Source of the DNA: Balanoglossus misakiensis | Lineage: Eukaryota > Animalia > Hemichordata | NCBI GenBank assembly: GCA_040954595.2 | Contig: CM082596.2 | Span: forward strand, 5,530,791 to 5,594,790 | Direction of reading: 5' to 3' | DNA: 64,000 nucleotides | Shown here: positions 1 to 13,300 of the stretch, piece by piece | Numbering within the stretch: the stretch's first letter is position 1 | Layout of the letters: every line of letters begins with the position of its first letter | Notes under the pieces: model-generated | The model's input: the letters and a program-made list of their open reading frames with translations, nothing else | Told to the model about the DNA's origin: nothing | The model's database searches: none | Translations under genes and position numbers: made by a program

Positions 1-3000
1 TTCGGTGCACATGTTCTGACGTCTGCAAATAAAAAAATACATGATTAATAGCAATAATATTCAAACAGCCAAAATGTACACATGATTCAAATTAGTTTTT
101 GTCAATCTACTGTTTATAAAAATCTCAGTGCATAGGTTTTAGCATTTCAATTTTTTTTAAATCAGTGACTGATCCTTTTGCGAATATATTTCTTAGCTGA
201 GACTAGAGGTAAAATATTTCCTGTGACTAAGAAATAAATTTCTGTGTTCAATCCACCATGCCTATGTGAGATAAATAACCAAGTGTAGACTTACTGCAGT
301 CTGGTCCCTCATCTGAGCCATCGCCACAGTCATCATCGCCATCACATAACCAGACATTTGGTATGCAGCGCTTTGTGTGCACACATTGGAATCGGTCTCC
401 GTCGCACGTTATCTCATCTGAAACGGGTACACGAAATAAAGTTAATTGGAACCTGTTCATCCCCTTGTCACCTTGGTACGACCCAAATGACTCAGGAATC
501 CAGTTGGATGATACTATTACACTGGCATTCTGGGGGTAGCATGGGAGTAAAATACTGTAAACATTACAAAGCTAAGATATCTGTTTTGGTAAAAATCATA
601 GGTAGGTCTTCATTTGAACAAATAAAATGGTTCTCTCTGGGGCTAGCATGGGAGTAAAATACTGAAAACATTACAAAGCTAAGATTTCCTGCTTTGGTGA
701 GAATCATATTAGGAGAATAGGTAGGTCTTTATTTGAAGATACAAAATGGTTGTCTCACCGCAACCGTCTTCATCCTCCCCTCCATCGCAATGATCTATTC
801 CGTCGCATCTCAGGGAAGCCATGATGCATTTCTGGGAGTTGACACACTTAAACTGGTTGGCCAGGCAAGAGTGGTTGATGCAGTCAGTTTCGTCCGAGTT
901 GTCATCGCAGTCGTCATCGCCGTCGCAGAGAAAGGCCGGGTTGATGCAGCGCTGGTTGTTGCACTGGAACTGGCCCGCCCTGCACACAAACGGCCCTTCA
1001 AAGCAATAAAAATAGGATTGGATGTCAGTACACAATACACAACAACAGTTAAAGTTGCAACAACACGTTCCCTAGAGTCTCATAGAATTTTAGACTAGCA
1101 CATCCACACCAATATCATTGGTTATATAAAGCTTGTCCTTATCAAGTATTAGCGATGTCTCGTCCAAACTACACCGTACGTACACAACATACACAGGCAC
1201 TATATGCATCATGGGTTCTAACTAACTGAGACAGGTGACTTTACAAAAGCCAATTAGTGATTTAATACAGTCCCTGTGTCACGTTCTTGAAAAAAATCTG
1301 ACAACTTACGACAATCTGCCGGTTCATCCGAACCATCCCCACAGTCATCCTCCAGGTCACACTTCCACCAGAACGGAATGCATTTGTCATTGTTGCAGAC
1401 GAACTGACTGGCTGTGCAGTTGGAAAGACAGGTGCGTTGGTCGGCAGCCAGGTAGAAGTGATCGGGGCAGGCACAGGTGCGCGTTCCCCCAGGTGCTAGT
1501 AAACAGAGGTTACTGCACCCACCATTGTCTTTGCATGGACTCCTCGGCACTGCAGAGAAATCCAAATCAGTGTCAGCGTGATCAAAAATTATACCTTTCA
1601 CCCCCATTTCTCTGCATAGTGGTCCAACCTACTATTAGGAAACAATGGGTTTGGACTGAACCATGGCAGTCGAGGGGTTAAATTTTACGGCAGGTCTCAT
1701 GATTTCATAATGTGGTGATGCTTTAAGTCCTTTTTCTTAGGATTCCGAACATGCTTTCAGGTTAAAGGTAAACGCGGTCTCCATTAATGCGAAGTTTATC
1801 ACTGTCATCATGAAAATTCAAATACATGTAGTCAATCTGAATGCCAGAACGGAGTAATGGCATCTATATTTTTGCGTTGCACTTACTTGGTGGCTGACGC
1901 AACGGGTGATAGACATGGACATCCATCGGTCGGTGGACTGTGGTGATCAGAGTGGTGCGATTTTCGCCGGTGAATTTGTGAGCGCGGTGGATGGAACGGG
2001 TCTCCCAGTCGCTCCAGAATATGTAGTCTTCAAATATTGATATCGCAAACACGTGGGGGAGACCCTCGTTCATAACAGTTCTCCTGCAAGAAAAACAGAA
2101 AGACGATATGAGTTTTGTCCAATCAGTCACTCAGCCTACACCAACGCACGTAAATGAAAAGAGAGAGAAAAGTTGCATACAAGCACACTGGATCAATGCA
2201 CACATACCTATTTGAGCCATCGAGATCGGCATACTCAATGTAGTCCTCCCTCGCGTCGGCCCAGAACAATTTGGCCGTTGTGTAGTCTATGGTCAATCCG
2301 TTCGGCCATCCTAGTTTCTCTGTGATCAAGCGAGTCATGTCACTGCCATCCATACCTGCCGTGAAATACAAATAACATTTTATGTATCAATACAAGGGAG
2401 TGATTTTTCAATCTTTCTTTTACATACGTGTATTATACATATTGACATATCTCTGTTGAAATAAAGTTCATTCATTCATCTTATTTCTGTATTTGGGATT
2501 GAATAACATCAAAGCTGGTCAAACATACATGAAGGTGTTGTCAGTTTGTACTAATCTGTAAATACACATGTAAATATACATACCTGCTCTACCAATGTAA
2601 GGATCTCGGCCCCAGTCTGTCCAATACATATATCTACAGAGAAGAAGAATGATACATTAATATACATTTCACAGCAATTTACCTAGTACAGCAGTTGCCT
2701 ATTTTAGGGGTCAAAAAATCTGTCCAGGACAGGCAGACAGTTGGGAAATTGACCACTCCTAGTTATAGAATACAGAAGTTGATATATCATGTACCGGGGG
2801 TACATGTACATACCCATTGAATGGATCCAAGACAATGGCTCTGGGCTCGTCCAGACCCTCGTTGATGAGAACCTTCCTGAAGTCGCCATTCAGCTTGGAC
2901 ACTTCAATGGTGTCACTACCCTTGTCACACCAGTACAGATTTCTCCCCACCCAGTCCACTGTCAAACCGTCAGGGTTACGGAGACCAAGTGAGTGCAGAG

Positions 3001-3538
3001 TCTGTAATGCGTTAGTGATAATGAACTGTCAGTTGGTAATAATATAGCTACATGTATAACAGTATAAGTTCAGAGATACCTCATCGCAACTTAAGAATAT
3101 TCAGGCTTTTGAGAAAATATCCTGTTTTACAATATAAACCGCATTGTATACTCGCTAGAAAAGATGGACACCTCACCTCATTCTCAGGCTTGTCCTCCCC
3201 GGGCTTCTCCTGGTCGATCTTGGCACGGCTGATGTTGCTCCTCTGGCCCGTCACGTCCGACCAGTAGACGTACTGCCCCTGGATGTCGTAGTCCAGCGCC
3301 ACGGCGTTGACCAGGTCCGACAGCACGATGTCGTACTTCTCCACACTGCCGTGCAGGTCGATCTTGCGGATGTAGTAGCGGTTGGAGAACAGCAGGAAGG
3401 GCTCCACGTTGGAGGTGTGCTTGCAGCTGCGGCGGTCCGGCTGCAGCTGGTAGCCGGCCGTGCAGAAGCAGCGGTAGCTGCCCACGTCGTTGTGACACAG
3501 CTGACTGCACGGTTGCAGTTCTTGGCACTCGTTAAGAT
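1..3538 (-). CDS. LRP1: LRP1 EGF, propeller 7, EGF and start of cluster IV (9 exons, truncated by window edge)
   Basis: [59 protein letters not shown]. Confidence 0.92.
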
Positions 3539-4270
3539 CTGAAACAAGAACAGAGTTGACGAAGCGATGTCACATACTCTCTGATTTCCCAGCAAAAATC
3601 AGCATTCAGTCCCATCTTCATTTATATTCTCAAAATGTAAGAATATTAACCACAATGCGGACATGAATCTTAAAATGCCAGAAACAACATGTGAAGTGAA
3701 CATGAATCATATACCATTCACCAGTTCCCTTCTCTGCGACAGCCAATCAGATGTCCAGCTCTTATCACGTGATTAGAATTCAACCAATTAACACTGACCT
3801 TTACAAGTTGCGTTATCCTTGTCCAGGATGTATCCCACGGGGCAAGCACACTTGAACCCAGTGGGCAGGTCGACACACTCGTGGCTGCACCGATTGATAT
3901 TGGGGTTGTCGCATTCATTGACGTTGCAACTGCGCTCGTCCGAACCATCGCCACAGTCATCTTGGCCATCACACACATTGGTGGACGCCTGACACACGCC
4001 ATTGTCACACATGAACTGATCTGGTCCGCAGGTCACATGTCCTGAAAAGACGTACAAATTAAATTCATCATAAGCTGTGCTGATTTAAGAAAATGCTAAC
4101 ATTCCACATATACAAGTACACACACACACACGCACACACTCATACATACATACATACATATACATACATACATACATACATACATACATACATACATACA
4201 TGCATACATACATGTACATACATACATACATACATACATACATACATACATACATACATACATACATACA

Positions 4271-4302
<32 letters not shown>

Positions 4303-7300
4303 CACAACAACATACAGACCACATTCTAGGGTGTCTGCAATTGTACTAATTTTCGTCAAGCCAAGATAATGGCCATGTTTACAAAAAAGCAGAAATTGGT
4401 TGATATTATCCCCAATTGGTTGCAATTGGAATTCTCAAACCACATGCTTACCACAGTTGCTGTTCTGTGGAGCCTCATCGGAGAAATCATGACAGTCGTT
4501 GTCACCATCACACTGCCACTGGTTGGGAATGCAGCGTCCGTTCCGGCACTGGTAGTGGCTGGACTCGCACGCCGGAAATTCACAGGTCTCCGGCTCATCT
4601 GAGTTGTCGCCGCAGTCGTTGTCATGGTCGCAGACCCACGTCATCTGAATACATCTCCTGTTGTCGCACTGGTATTCCCCATCATCGCAAGTCTGCTGAT
4701 CCGCTGTGAATAAAAATAAATCTTTTTCAGTGAGAAACGGGTTTTCCTAAAATCATGTCAATTGCAGTTTTACAGAGCAGTTCAGTATTAAATGTTCACA
4801 CGGTAGACCGCATTTTCTTTACACCACAAAAATTCAAGACAACTTTAAGGCATTTAGTTCACAAAAATTTTATCACTAAACGACTTCAAAGCAATTATAT
4901 TTTACCACTTGTCTCAAAATTTCCTTGGAATTTTGTTTTGTGTGGGGATAAACTTACCACAGCCGTGATCTGGGTGTTCGTCCGTCGCATCTCCACAGTC
5001 GTTGTCCCCATCGCACACCCAATTATTCGGGATGCAGCGGCGTGCTTCGACGCATCGGAAGTGGTCGGCATCGCAGGTCACCTCCGTACATCGGTGTTTC
5101 TCGCCATCCTCATCGGAGCCGTCGCCGCAGTCGTCGTCGAAGTCGCATATCCACCGGCTGGGGATGCAGCGCCCGTTGTCGCAGGTGAACTGGTCGTCCC
5201 GGCAGGAGTACTGGCACCCGTCGTGCTCGTCCGAACCGTCGGGGCAGTCGTTGTCGCGATCGCACTCCCACGACGGCGGGATGCAGCGACCGGTGGAGCA
5301 ACGGAAGAAGCCGTCGGGGCAGGGCCCTTCTGATGCACCAGGACCTGAGAGTTGGTAAAAACAAAAACAGGATTGAAACATTTGTCTCATTATAATTTTG
5401 TCTCTGTGCATATAAAGTAGCATGTGTAGGCAAATTTTGGCTTGTCTAACAGCTGTAAAAGGAGAATCAATGGTCGGCTATACTGAAAGAAGACACTGTG
5501 CTTGACAAAACTGATAATAGCTTGAACACTAGCACATGATGCTCAGTACCGTGGCGCCACCACTCATAACCCCCACCCACCCAGGTGACACTTTGCCTCC
5601 ATGCACGATGTACACAGTGATGTCTATATAACGTTTGAGTTATTATACTGGCAAAATGTGATTGTTTTTTTGTTTTGCATTCTTAATAGTGAAAACACCT
5701 TTCATTGTTGCATCTTTTATATCAAAGTTTGCTGTCTTCTGCTCTCTAATGAAATCCTCTCTTTTACGCACACTCAGAACATGACATTGTATCTGTAATT
5801 GCCGATCTTCTATTTCTCTTTTACCTGAACAGCCTTCTTCATCGGAGTTGTCACCGCAGTCGTTTTCTCCATCACACACCCAGTCCTCCAGAATACAGAC
5901 AGTAGTACGAGCACAGTTGACGTACTTGGGGATGTCAATACTACCAATGGGGATGGTGAAACCAGGCGGTCGATGTAGGCTGCAGTTGCGGAACGCTGCG
6001 AAGAAAAATCATGACGGTAAGGTGTTAGTGACGTTTTGCTCGTTGTCAGATCAAAGTGGCCGCCAAGCCAATGTAGCAACTGGCTTATGCAGAAGGCTCT
6101 CCATGGTGCATGAAATGAAGGATTGATATCCAAGAAACAAGTTCCTGGAGTGTTGCATTGTTCTATGACAGTATGTGTGGCTGAATCATATTCTAGAAAT
6201 TTGCAGGTGTGAATTTTTACTGTTATGGACATCACAGGACTTTCTGAGAGTGATTTGATATACCATGGCTTTCCATGAATTTCCAAGAATGAGTGTCCAG
6301 GGAGAGAGACACATTAGGGGCAGCCAGTAGGTCTGATGTGTTATCGATACAACACTTTCCGAACTCCCTGAAGATAACGATGCAGTGAATGAAATAAGAA
6401 AACACGAAAATTAATACTCGCGAAACAGTGGCCTCTCTCGATATCGCGAAAATTTCAACTCGCGAAAATAAAGTGTTTTACAGTTATCCATCGCCACACG
6501 TATAAGAGTGAAAGACTTACGGCAGCCGATTTCATCTGAAGCATCCACACAGTCTATCTCTCCATCACACCTGAATGTGTTGCTGATACACTGACCACTC
6601 CCGCAGATAAATTCATCATCTTCACAATCAACAACAGCTGAGAAGAAAATTGACAAGTTTTAATCCAAAGTTTTTCATCACTTGCAATCTCCCATTTTAT
6701 ATAACGTGAAGAGTTCTGATTAAATGTAGAAGATTGACAAAATTCACATATTTTTGGCCATTTACAGTTACTGTAGTATTTTCAATCATGATGTACAATT
6801 ATAAGACTTATTATATACATTTTTCATACAATGAGAAAGATATGATGGTTGTTAAATGCAACTACCGATATGTATCAAGGCAGTAACCATACTTGAGAAA
6901 AGTTGATTTACAAATGAAATTGTAAAGAAAATTAAATGATATGAAAATTTATACTTTGATGGTTGAAATTTAATTTATATAACTGGACTGAAGATGGTAC
7001 ATATATTTATGATAGAGGCTGTAGATAGAAAAGTTATTCATTAATATTTTATGAGTTAAAATTGTTATGTAATTATGATGATTGTTAGTACACATATGAT
7101 GCAATGCATTATTTGACACGCATGACAAGTTTCGTACAGTATGAGAGAAGCAATGAAAAATCCTTTGTTTTTTATGATCAGCTATATTACTTGTAGTTGA
7201 TACAAATCTGTACAATTCGGCTCTGGAACACAATGAAACAGCAAACAGGGCAGATACATGAACATGTACATACATGTATATAGGCCAACGGATAAATGGA

Positions 7301-10300
7301 TGGATGGATGGATGGATGGATGGATGGACAGATGGATGGATGGATGGGGTGGGTGGGCATGTGGTTACATTGCACACAGATATGTATTGGCAGCAAACAC
7401 AGATATGTATTATGGCAAAATATGAGCAAACAGTCTGTGGCAGATGTTGTATTGTCCACAGGTAGACAACGATGTATCATAACAAGACAGAAAGACACAC
7501 TGACAAACAGGGAGACAGACAGACAGACAAACACACGTAACAAACTGATGAATAAATCACATAAAACAATTTTAGCGACCAATGATATATTGAAATGGAG
7601 TTCACACTGAACATAACATTATGTCGTACAAACAGACAAAAGACAGACTGAAGCTTGAATGAGGGACGTAGACTGCAAATTTTCATCTCCACAAATCTGG
7701 TCAAGAAACAGCACATCTGATGTGGCTATTTTCAAAGATGCCTTTTCATTGCTACTGTTTACTGTGATGCATACACAATGATATGAGTTTAAACAGATTT
7801 GACTATTATACCTTTAAACCGACACACCCCTTATATGAGAGTTGGCCAATCCTGTCTACATGACGCGTACCAATGGATTTGGTACGCACAATCATGTAGG
7901 AGGGTAGACCAGCCAAACATCTGCATATCCGATGTAGGGACAGTGGTTTGTTTTCAAAATCAAGTCTTTCGAAATCAAGTCTTACAGTATATCATTCTTG
8001 CGAGGATAAAACAATACAGTCAATGGACACTTTTTATGAAAATTTGGAGGATACTGTAAGTCATTAGAAAGAGCTAACTTGATAATGAACAAATATGAAA
8101 AAAGGCCAAGGCAAAACAGAATATGCATATAAGGACAGCTATAATATCATTCTGATTGGATATGCAAATGTCAAAACATATATGATTGGTGGAAACATGC
8201 ACCTCACTGGACACCATGGCAACTAGTGTCATGATGTCGTGCGTGAGACAAGACATGGCGAAACCAAACTGTTAGCATGCAGTTAAACGTTAGAGTAACT
8301 AATTAAAAACAGCTCGGACTTACTGCTGTCGGTATCTGCTAAGGCAAATCAGTACAAACCATTGCCAATAAAATAAAAAAAAGAGAAAAGAGACCAGGCG
8401 GTAATCACACACGCATAAACTACCGGTACAAGCAAAATTAACGCAAAATGGTCAACGCATTACTGCTGGATCCAATGATTAGCAACGGCATATGTTAAGG
8501 TTTGGATACAATGCAATATGGAAAATCTGGAGCTGGACGCCTGATAAAAACTGACAGTGTACATTGTACATGATCCAATGTTTTTTGAAATTTAACTTTC
8601 TATTTTAATTTGTTTATTCAGAATGTGAAACAAACACAGCTCAATTAACCATCTTCTTGCTGGTCCAGCTCCAAATTTCCCTTGTTGTACGAATTCCCAC
8701 AGGTAAGAGTCACAAAGGATGGCATAAACTCATCAAAATGCACATGCAAACCCCTGGGTTAAGAATAAACTGCAAAAGCAACACACAACCTTAAAAACAA
8801 TAGGACAAAGCACGGTCCCTAGCCTCAAAAGCGGACAGTAAAACGAATTGTGGCAACTCGATTTTCAAATTTCAGTTCAGCACACAATCAGAACAGAGAA
8901 TCCAAACTAAAAATGGTACAAAGATTTTTATAAAAAACAAACAAAAAAGATTATGGGATATTTTCTAAAATAAAGAAAAGCAATGGTTTGAATACTAATC
9001 AACAAAATAACTTGATATAAAATACAGAACCGTTTTTAACGAAACAGTCAAAAAGGTCACCCAGTGTGGAAAAAGATTGAGCAAAATTCGGGAAAAATAG
9101 ACCTCACAGACAAATTGACAAGTTGCTTTACAATTGGAGAGCATGGTTTGTGCTTTAATTTTGGCAGAGTATTGCATTTTTCAGTGTAAAACCGACAGGA
9201 CAATTGGGCGAGTTCTAACACCGTGACCAAACGTCAAGACATGCTTCACTCATGCCAAAGGTAACACACGATACAATCACACCATCAACAGTCGTGCACA
9301 ACCAACTTCAATAATGTGACATTTTGACTCAACTGATAAGATCTCCTCACTCGATTGTCACAACCCTTTTCTGCGCATTATATATCAGTCTTGCTAATAA
9401 ATGTAATTTCACATTATTTCATAATTTTACTGACAAAATCAACAGCTTTCATTAAATATGTCATTAAATGACTAAGAATATTGGAGAGTCATATTATAAG
9501 CATCTGCAATTTTGCTACAGAGAGCAAAGACATGCCGAAACAAGTAAGAAGTTACTGCCATTTTCTATTTGTAGGTCTCTACAGTTTCTTTACCACAGTA
9601 AACTTTTCTAACTTTTTAACTTCAAAACTCCCCTACTCAAGAAAGTGGAATGGCCAAAGTGTCTAGTGACTGGGCCATTCCACTGTGAAAAGCAGGTAAA
9701 GTGGAACTAAATGCACTCACCACAACCAGCTTCGTCACTGTTGTCGTTGCAGTCATTTTTACCGTTGCACTGCAAGTCTCTACGGATGCATCGGCCATTA
9801 GCGCAGGAGAAGTAGTTGGAACGACACTGTCTTGTAGCTGAAGGCGAAAGAAACATCACTGTCAGAGATTTTAAATTTGCACATTAGACCAATATACCAT
9901 TAACCACTATATGAATAAAACAATCCGGCTGAAAATCTATATTATCTGCACTGCTCACTTTCAACCAAATATGAATTTATAAACAGGTACATGTACCTCG
10001 GAAGTTGCTATCTGTGACTGCCACAAATGGTATCTGCTAGCAGTTCAACTCATATCTACAATCGTCCCAGTTGTTAGTTTGTGACTGAGATTTTTGATAC
10101 CCAAACTTTTCTCGAATGATGTCTGCTCCATTTATATACTATGAGTCTGTCAGGCCCAAACCCCAGGCTCAGGAACACGATGAACATGTAGCAGCTTGAT
10201 TGGCTCAGTCTGACTTACCACAGTAGGCCACAGCCTCGTCGGAGGAGTCCTCGCACTCCGTGTAGCCATCACAGGTGTACTCGTAGGGAATACACATACC

Positions 10301-13300
10301 GCTTCCGCATTCAAACTCTTCCTCCGAGCACTGGATTCCCATCTCTACGCAGCGCGTGCCATCCACGAGACGGTAGTCGCTGGTGCAGTTACAGAACACT
10401 GCTCCGGTCTCGTCGGTTGAACAGATGGCCTTCTCGTCGCAGCCGCCATTGAGCTTCCGACAGAGATTCAATTCACCTGCAACGGAAGCAAGCAACTTGT
10501 TTTGAATGAAATTCAGCAGTGTTTTTTTGTTCGTCCAGTGCCTCTTGACATCAAATGAGGAAGTACATGTACCTGTAAAAGCAACGGATTGCAGGTCTCT
10601 CGTCCGAAGTTTTGGTTTTACTAGCTTTCATTAAAAATATGATTTAAAGATACTGTCCCTGTTGGACAGCTACTGTATATTGACCAACTCACAATCTTCA
10701 GCATCGTTGGAAACCGCGATGATACCCATGGGTTGCTGGGCAATGTTGCTACGGAGAACGGTCACATCTTCACCAGTGAATTTATTCACCCTGACGACGG
10801 TGCGACGGACCCAGTCTGTCCAGTAGAGGAAGTCCATGTAGACAGCCAATCCAAACGGGTGCACTGGTTCAGACTGCACAATTATCTGTGGAAGAAATGC
10901 CGAGATGTTTACATGTAAGAAGCAATCCTTCTTTTCTGTGATTTAAATCCCTAGTAACTCAAACTTTGGGCCATTTTCTCAGTATTTTTGTTTTGGGGAT
11001 CTACTATGGTTCCTTGGCTCTTGCCAGAGATTCTTGTTAAAAATTAATCTCTACACATTATGCAGAGGAGTTGTGGAAAATTTGGAAAAAAAATTAGAAA
11101 TGTTTTGAACGTCCATCACTGAGATGCTCGAGCCCCCATGACTGACCTGTCTGTCTCCGCCCTCGAAGTCGCACCTTTCGATCTTGTCGAGTCTGGCGTC
11201 TGACCAATACAGTTTGGCCGCCTTGTGGTCAATAGTGAGACCGTTGGGGGTCTGAATATCCGTTGAGATGATGGCCTTGACGTCGAACCCGCCCTGGAAG
11301 GCCTTCATGATGCTGGGGTTGTCGTCATTCCAATTGGTCCAATACATTCGCCTGCAGAAAAATGAAAAAAATCGACGCTCAAGTTTCGTTATACATTTCA
11401 GCAAACATGCTTCTCAGGAAATTGTCCTCACTTTCAGAAGAATTTACAACCTTTTCTGTGAAATATCTGATGAAAAAGAGCGGCTTTCCACCAAACAAAG
11501 ATGGCCGACTTACCCTTCGCAGACATCCAACACAATGGCCCTGGGATGGTCCGCTGGAGCCATCCGTACGACCACCTCTCTCTCCGCATTCTCCTCATCA
11601 ACGCGTATCCTGTTGATGGTAGAGTCTGTGTACCCGGTCCAGTAAATCTCTTTGAAGATGACGTCATAAGCCAAGCCTTCAGCTGAGCCAATTCCTGTGT
11701 TACAAAAATGTAAGAGGTTAGCATTGTCGTACATTATTTACAGAAAAATGAATGTGTCTGCTATGATTTCCATGCACCTCTCACTTTTCCCCAGTAACTT
11801 AAACATCATTTTGCCATTAAAAAACTACTCTCTGTGAAAACATCCACAGAGGAATAGTTCTGATGGTGGTGTAGTTTCCATCAAATTTAGCACAAAATGA
11901 AGTCGACAGATAGACAGGCAGTTGACAAATTGATACCTACATGTATGTCCATCAAAACAGTTTTTGCAGACTCCTTTCAGAGACAAAAACATGGAAAACT
12001 TCACTCATGAACAGACTCACACTCACTTGTTATCTATGAAAAAAAAAACATCCAGGAATTTTAAGACACTGGTTCAAAACATGCGACTGGGAAACTCACC
12101 TGTAATGACAACCTTACGGCCTGTACCGTTGAAGTACACAGCCTGAATGTCACCCCTCTGAATGTCTGTGTAAAAAACGCGCTGGTTAGCGTGGTCGTAG
12201 GCGAGGCCGATCACACTGCGTATGTACTCCTCATCCTCCAGGGCTTTGATCGGCTGGTTTGGGTTGGACTGGTCGAAGAGGTGGATGCTCTTGATGATGG
12301 TGCGCTCCGAGTAGAGAAGGAACGTGTCAAAGTCTGTGAAAATCGAATACGAAAATGCAGATTGATTACAATAATCATTGAATTGAACGTGCCTGGAAAT
12401 CAGGGTCCATCAGACTATGACTTTACAGCCCAGGTTTCTTGATACATGTATGTATAGAAACAAACAAAATACCCTTTGTCTGTGTGAACAGGACTGTTTA
12501 TTGGGAATGAAAAGTCAGCTGTGTATGACACATGCCGTTTAACCCTTTCATTACCATGGTTAGGTCCGAATCTATTAAGAATAGATGAAAATGGAAGGAG
12601 AAAATGTTGGGCGTTTTTGCAACCGGCTATCACCACCCCCCCCCCCCCCACCCTAATCTCGATTGCTGAACTCTCACCTGTGCACGTGTGTCCGTCTGCA
12701 GCAAGCCTGCCGTGCGCACACATGCATGTGTGGGTGTTGTCGCCTATGTACAGACACAGCTGCTCACAACCTCCGTAGTTGTTCTCCCTGGAGCAAAGAT
12801 TGGTGCCTGCAACAACAAAGAGACACAACCACAACTGGAGTCGTATTCGCAACTACAGGAAGCCAAATTCATTCAAAGGGAAAAGGATTGAAAATTGAGA
12901 TATAGTAGATGTACACACACTCAGCCACAGACAAAAGTGATAGAGCACATCTCAAACAAGTGTGAGAAATCTTATTCAAGATCCTCAATGTGAGATTCAT
13001 TTTCTCACCTGAAATAATATATACAAGTGACTTACCTGTTTGTCTGTCTCTATTGTAGATGTGGACATCTTTAATCAACATACCAATATCACTTCTCATG
13101 GTAATCAAATCATCACCACCATTTTTGTTGGCACGATATATGGCACCCTTGTCTTTGGTCCTGTTTGTTTGGAGAAGAGGTTTTCCAGTGTAAGAATACA
13201 TGTATCTTTGTGGTTGACACATGCATGCATACATACGGTACATACACGTACATGTACATAATATTGAACATACATACATTTTGTACATACACACATGTAC

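Noticed and set aside
4085-4425. ORFs reading MYVCMYVC / HTYIHTYI (also 47019-47368 and the MDGW ORFs at 7274-7610)
   Set aside because: Translations of (CATA)n and (GGAT)n microsatellites, not genes.
3184-5433. Long alternative-frame and antisense ORFs over LRP1 exons
   Set aside because: By-products of high GC3 and Cys/Asp codon bias; no independent splice signals or recognisable products.
7191-7222. Strong acceptor plus GTAATA donor enclosing 32 nt
   Set aside because: Not a multiple of three. It would need a GAG acceptor or pairing with another weak frameshifting segment near 9193-9214. It could be a poison exon but is unsupported.
7845-7915. Hairpin ctacatga-c-gcgtaccaa/ttggtacgc-acaa-tcatgtag as an intronic miRNA
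   Set aside because: 5-nt loop, asymmetric bulge, wobbles favour the non-transcribed strand, and no recognisable miRNA seed family.
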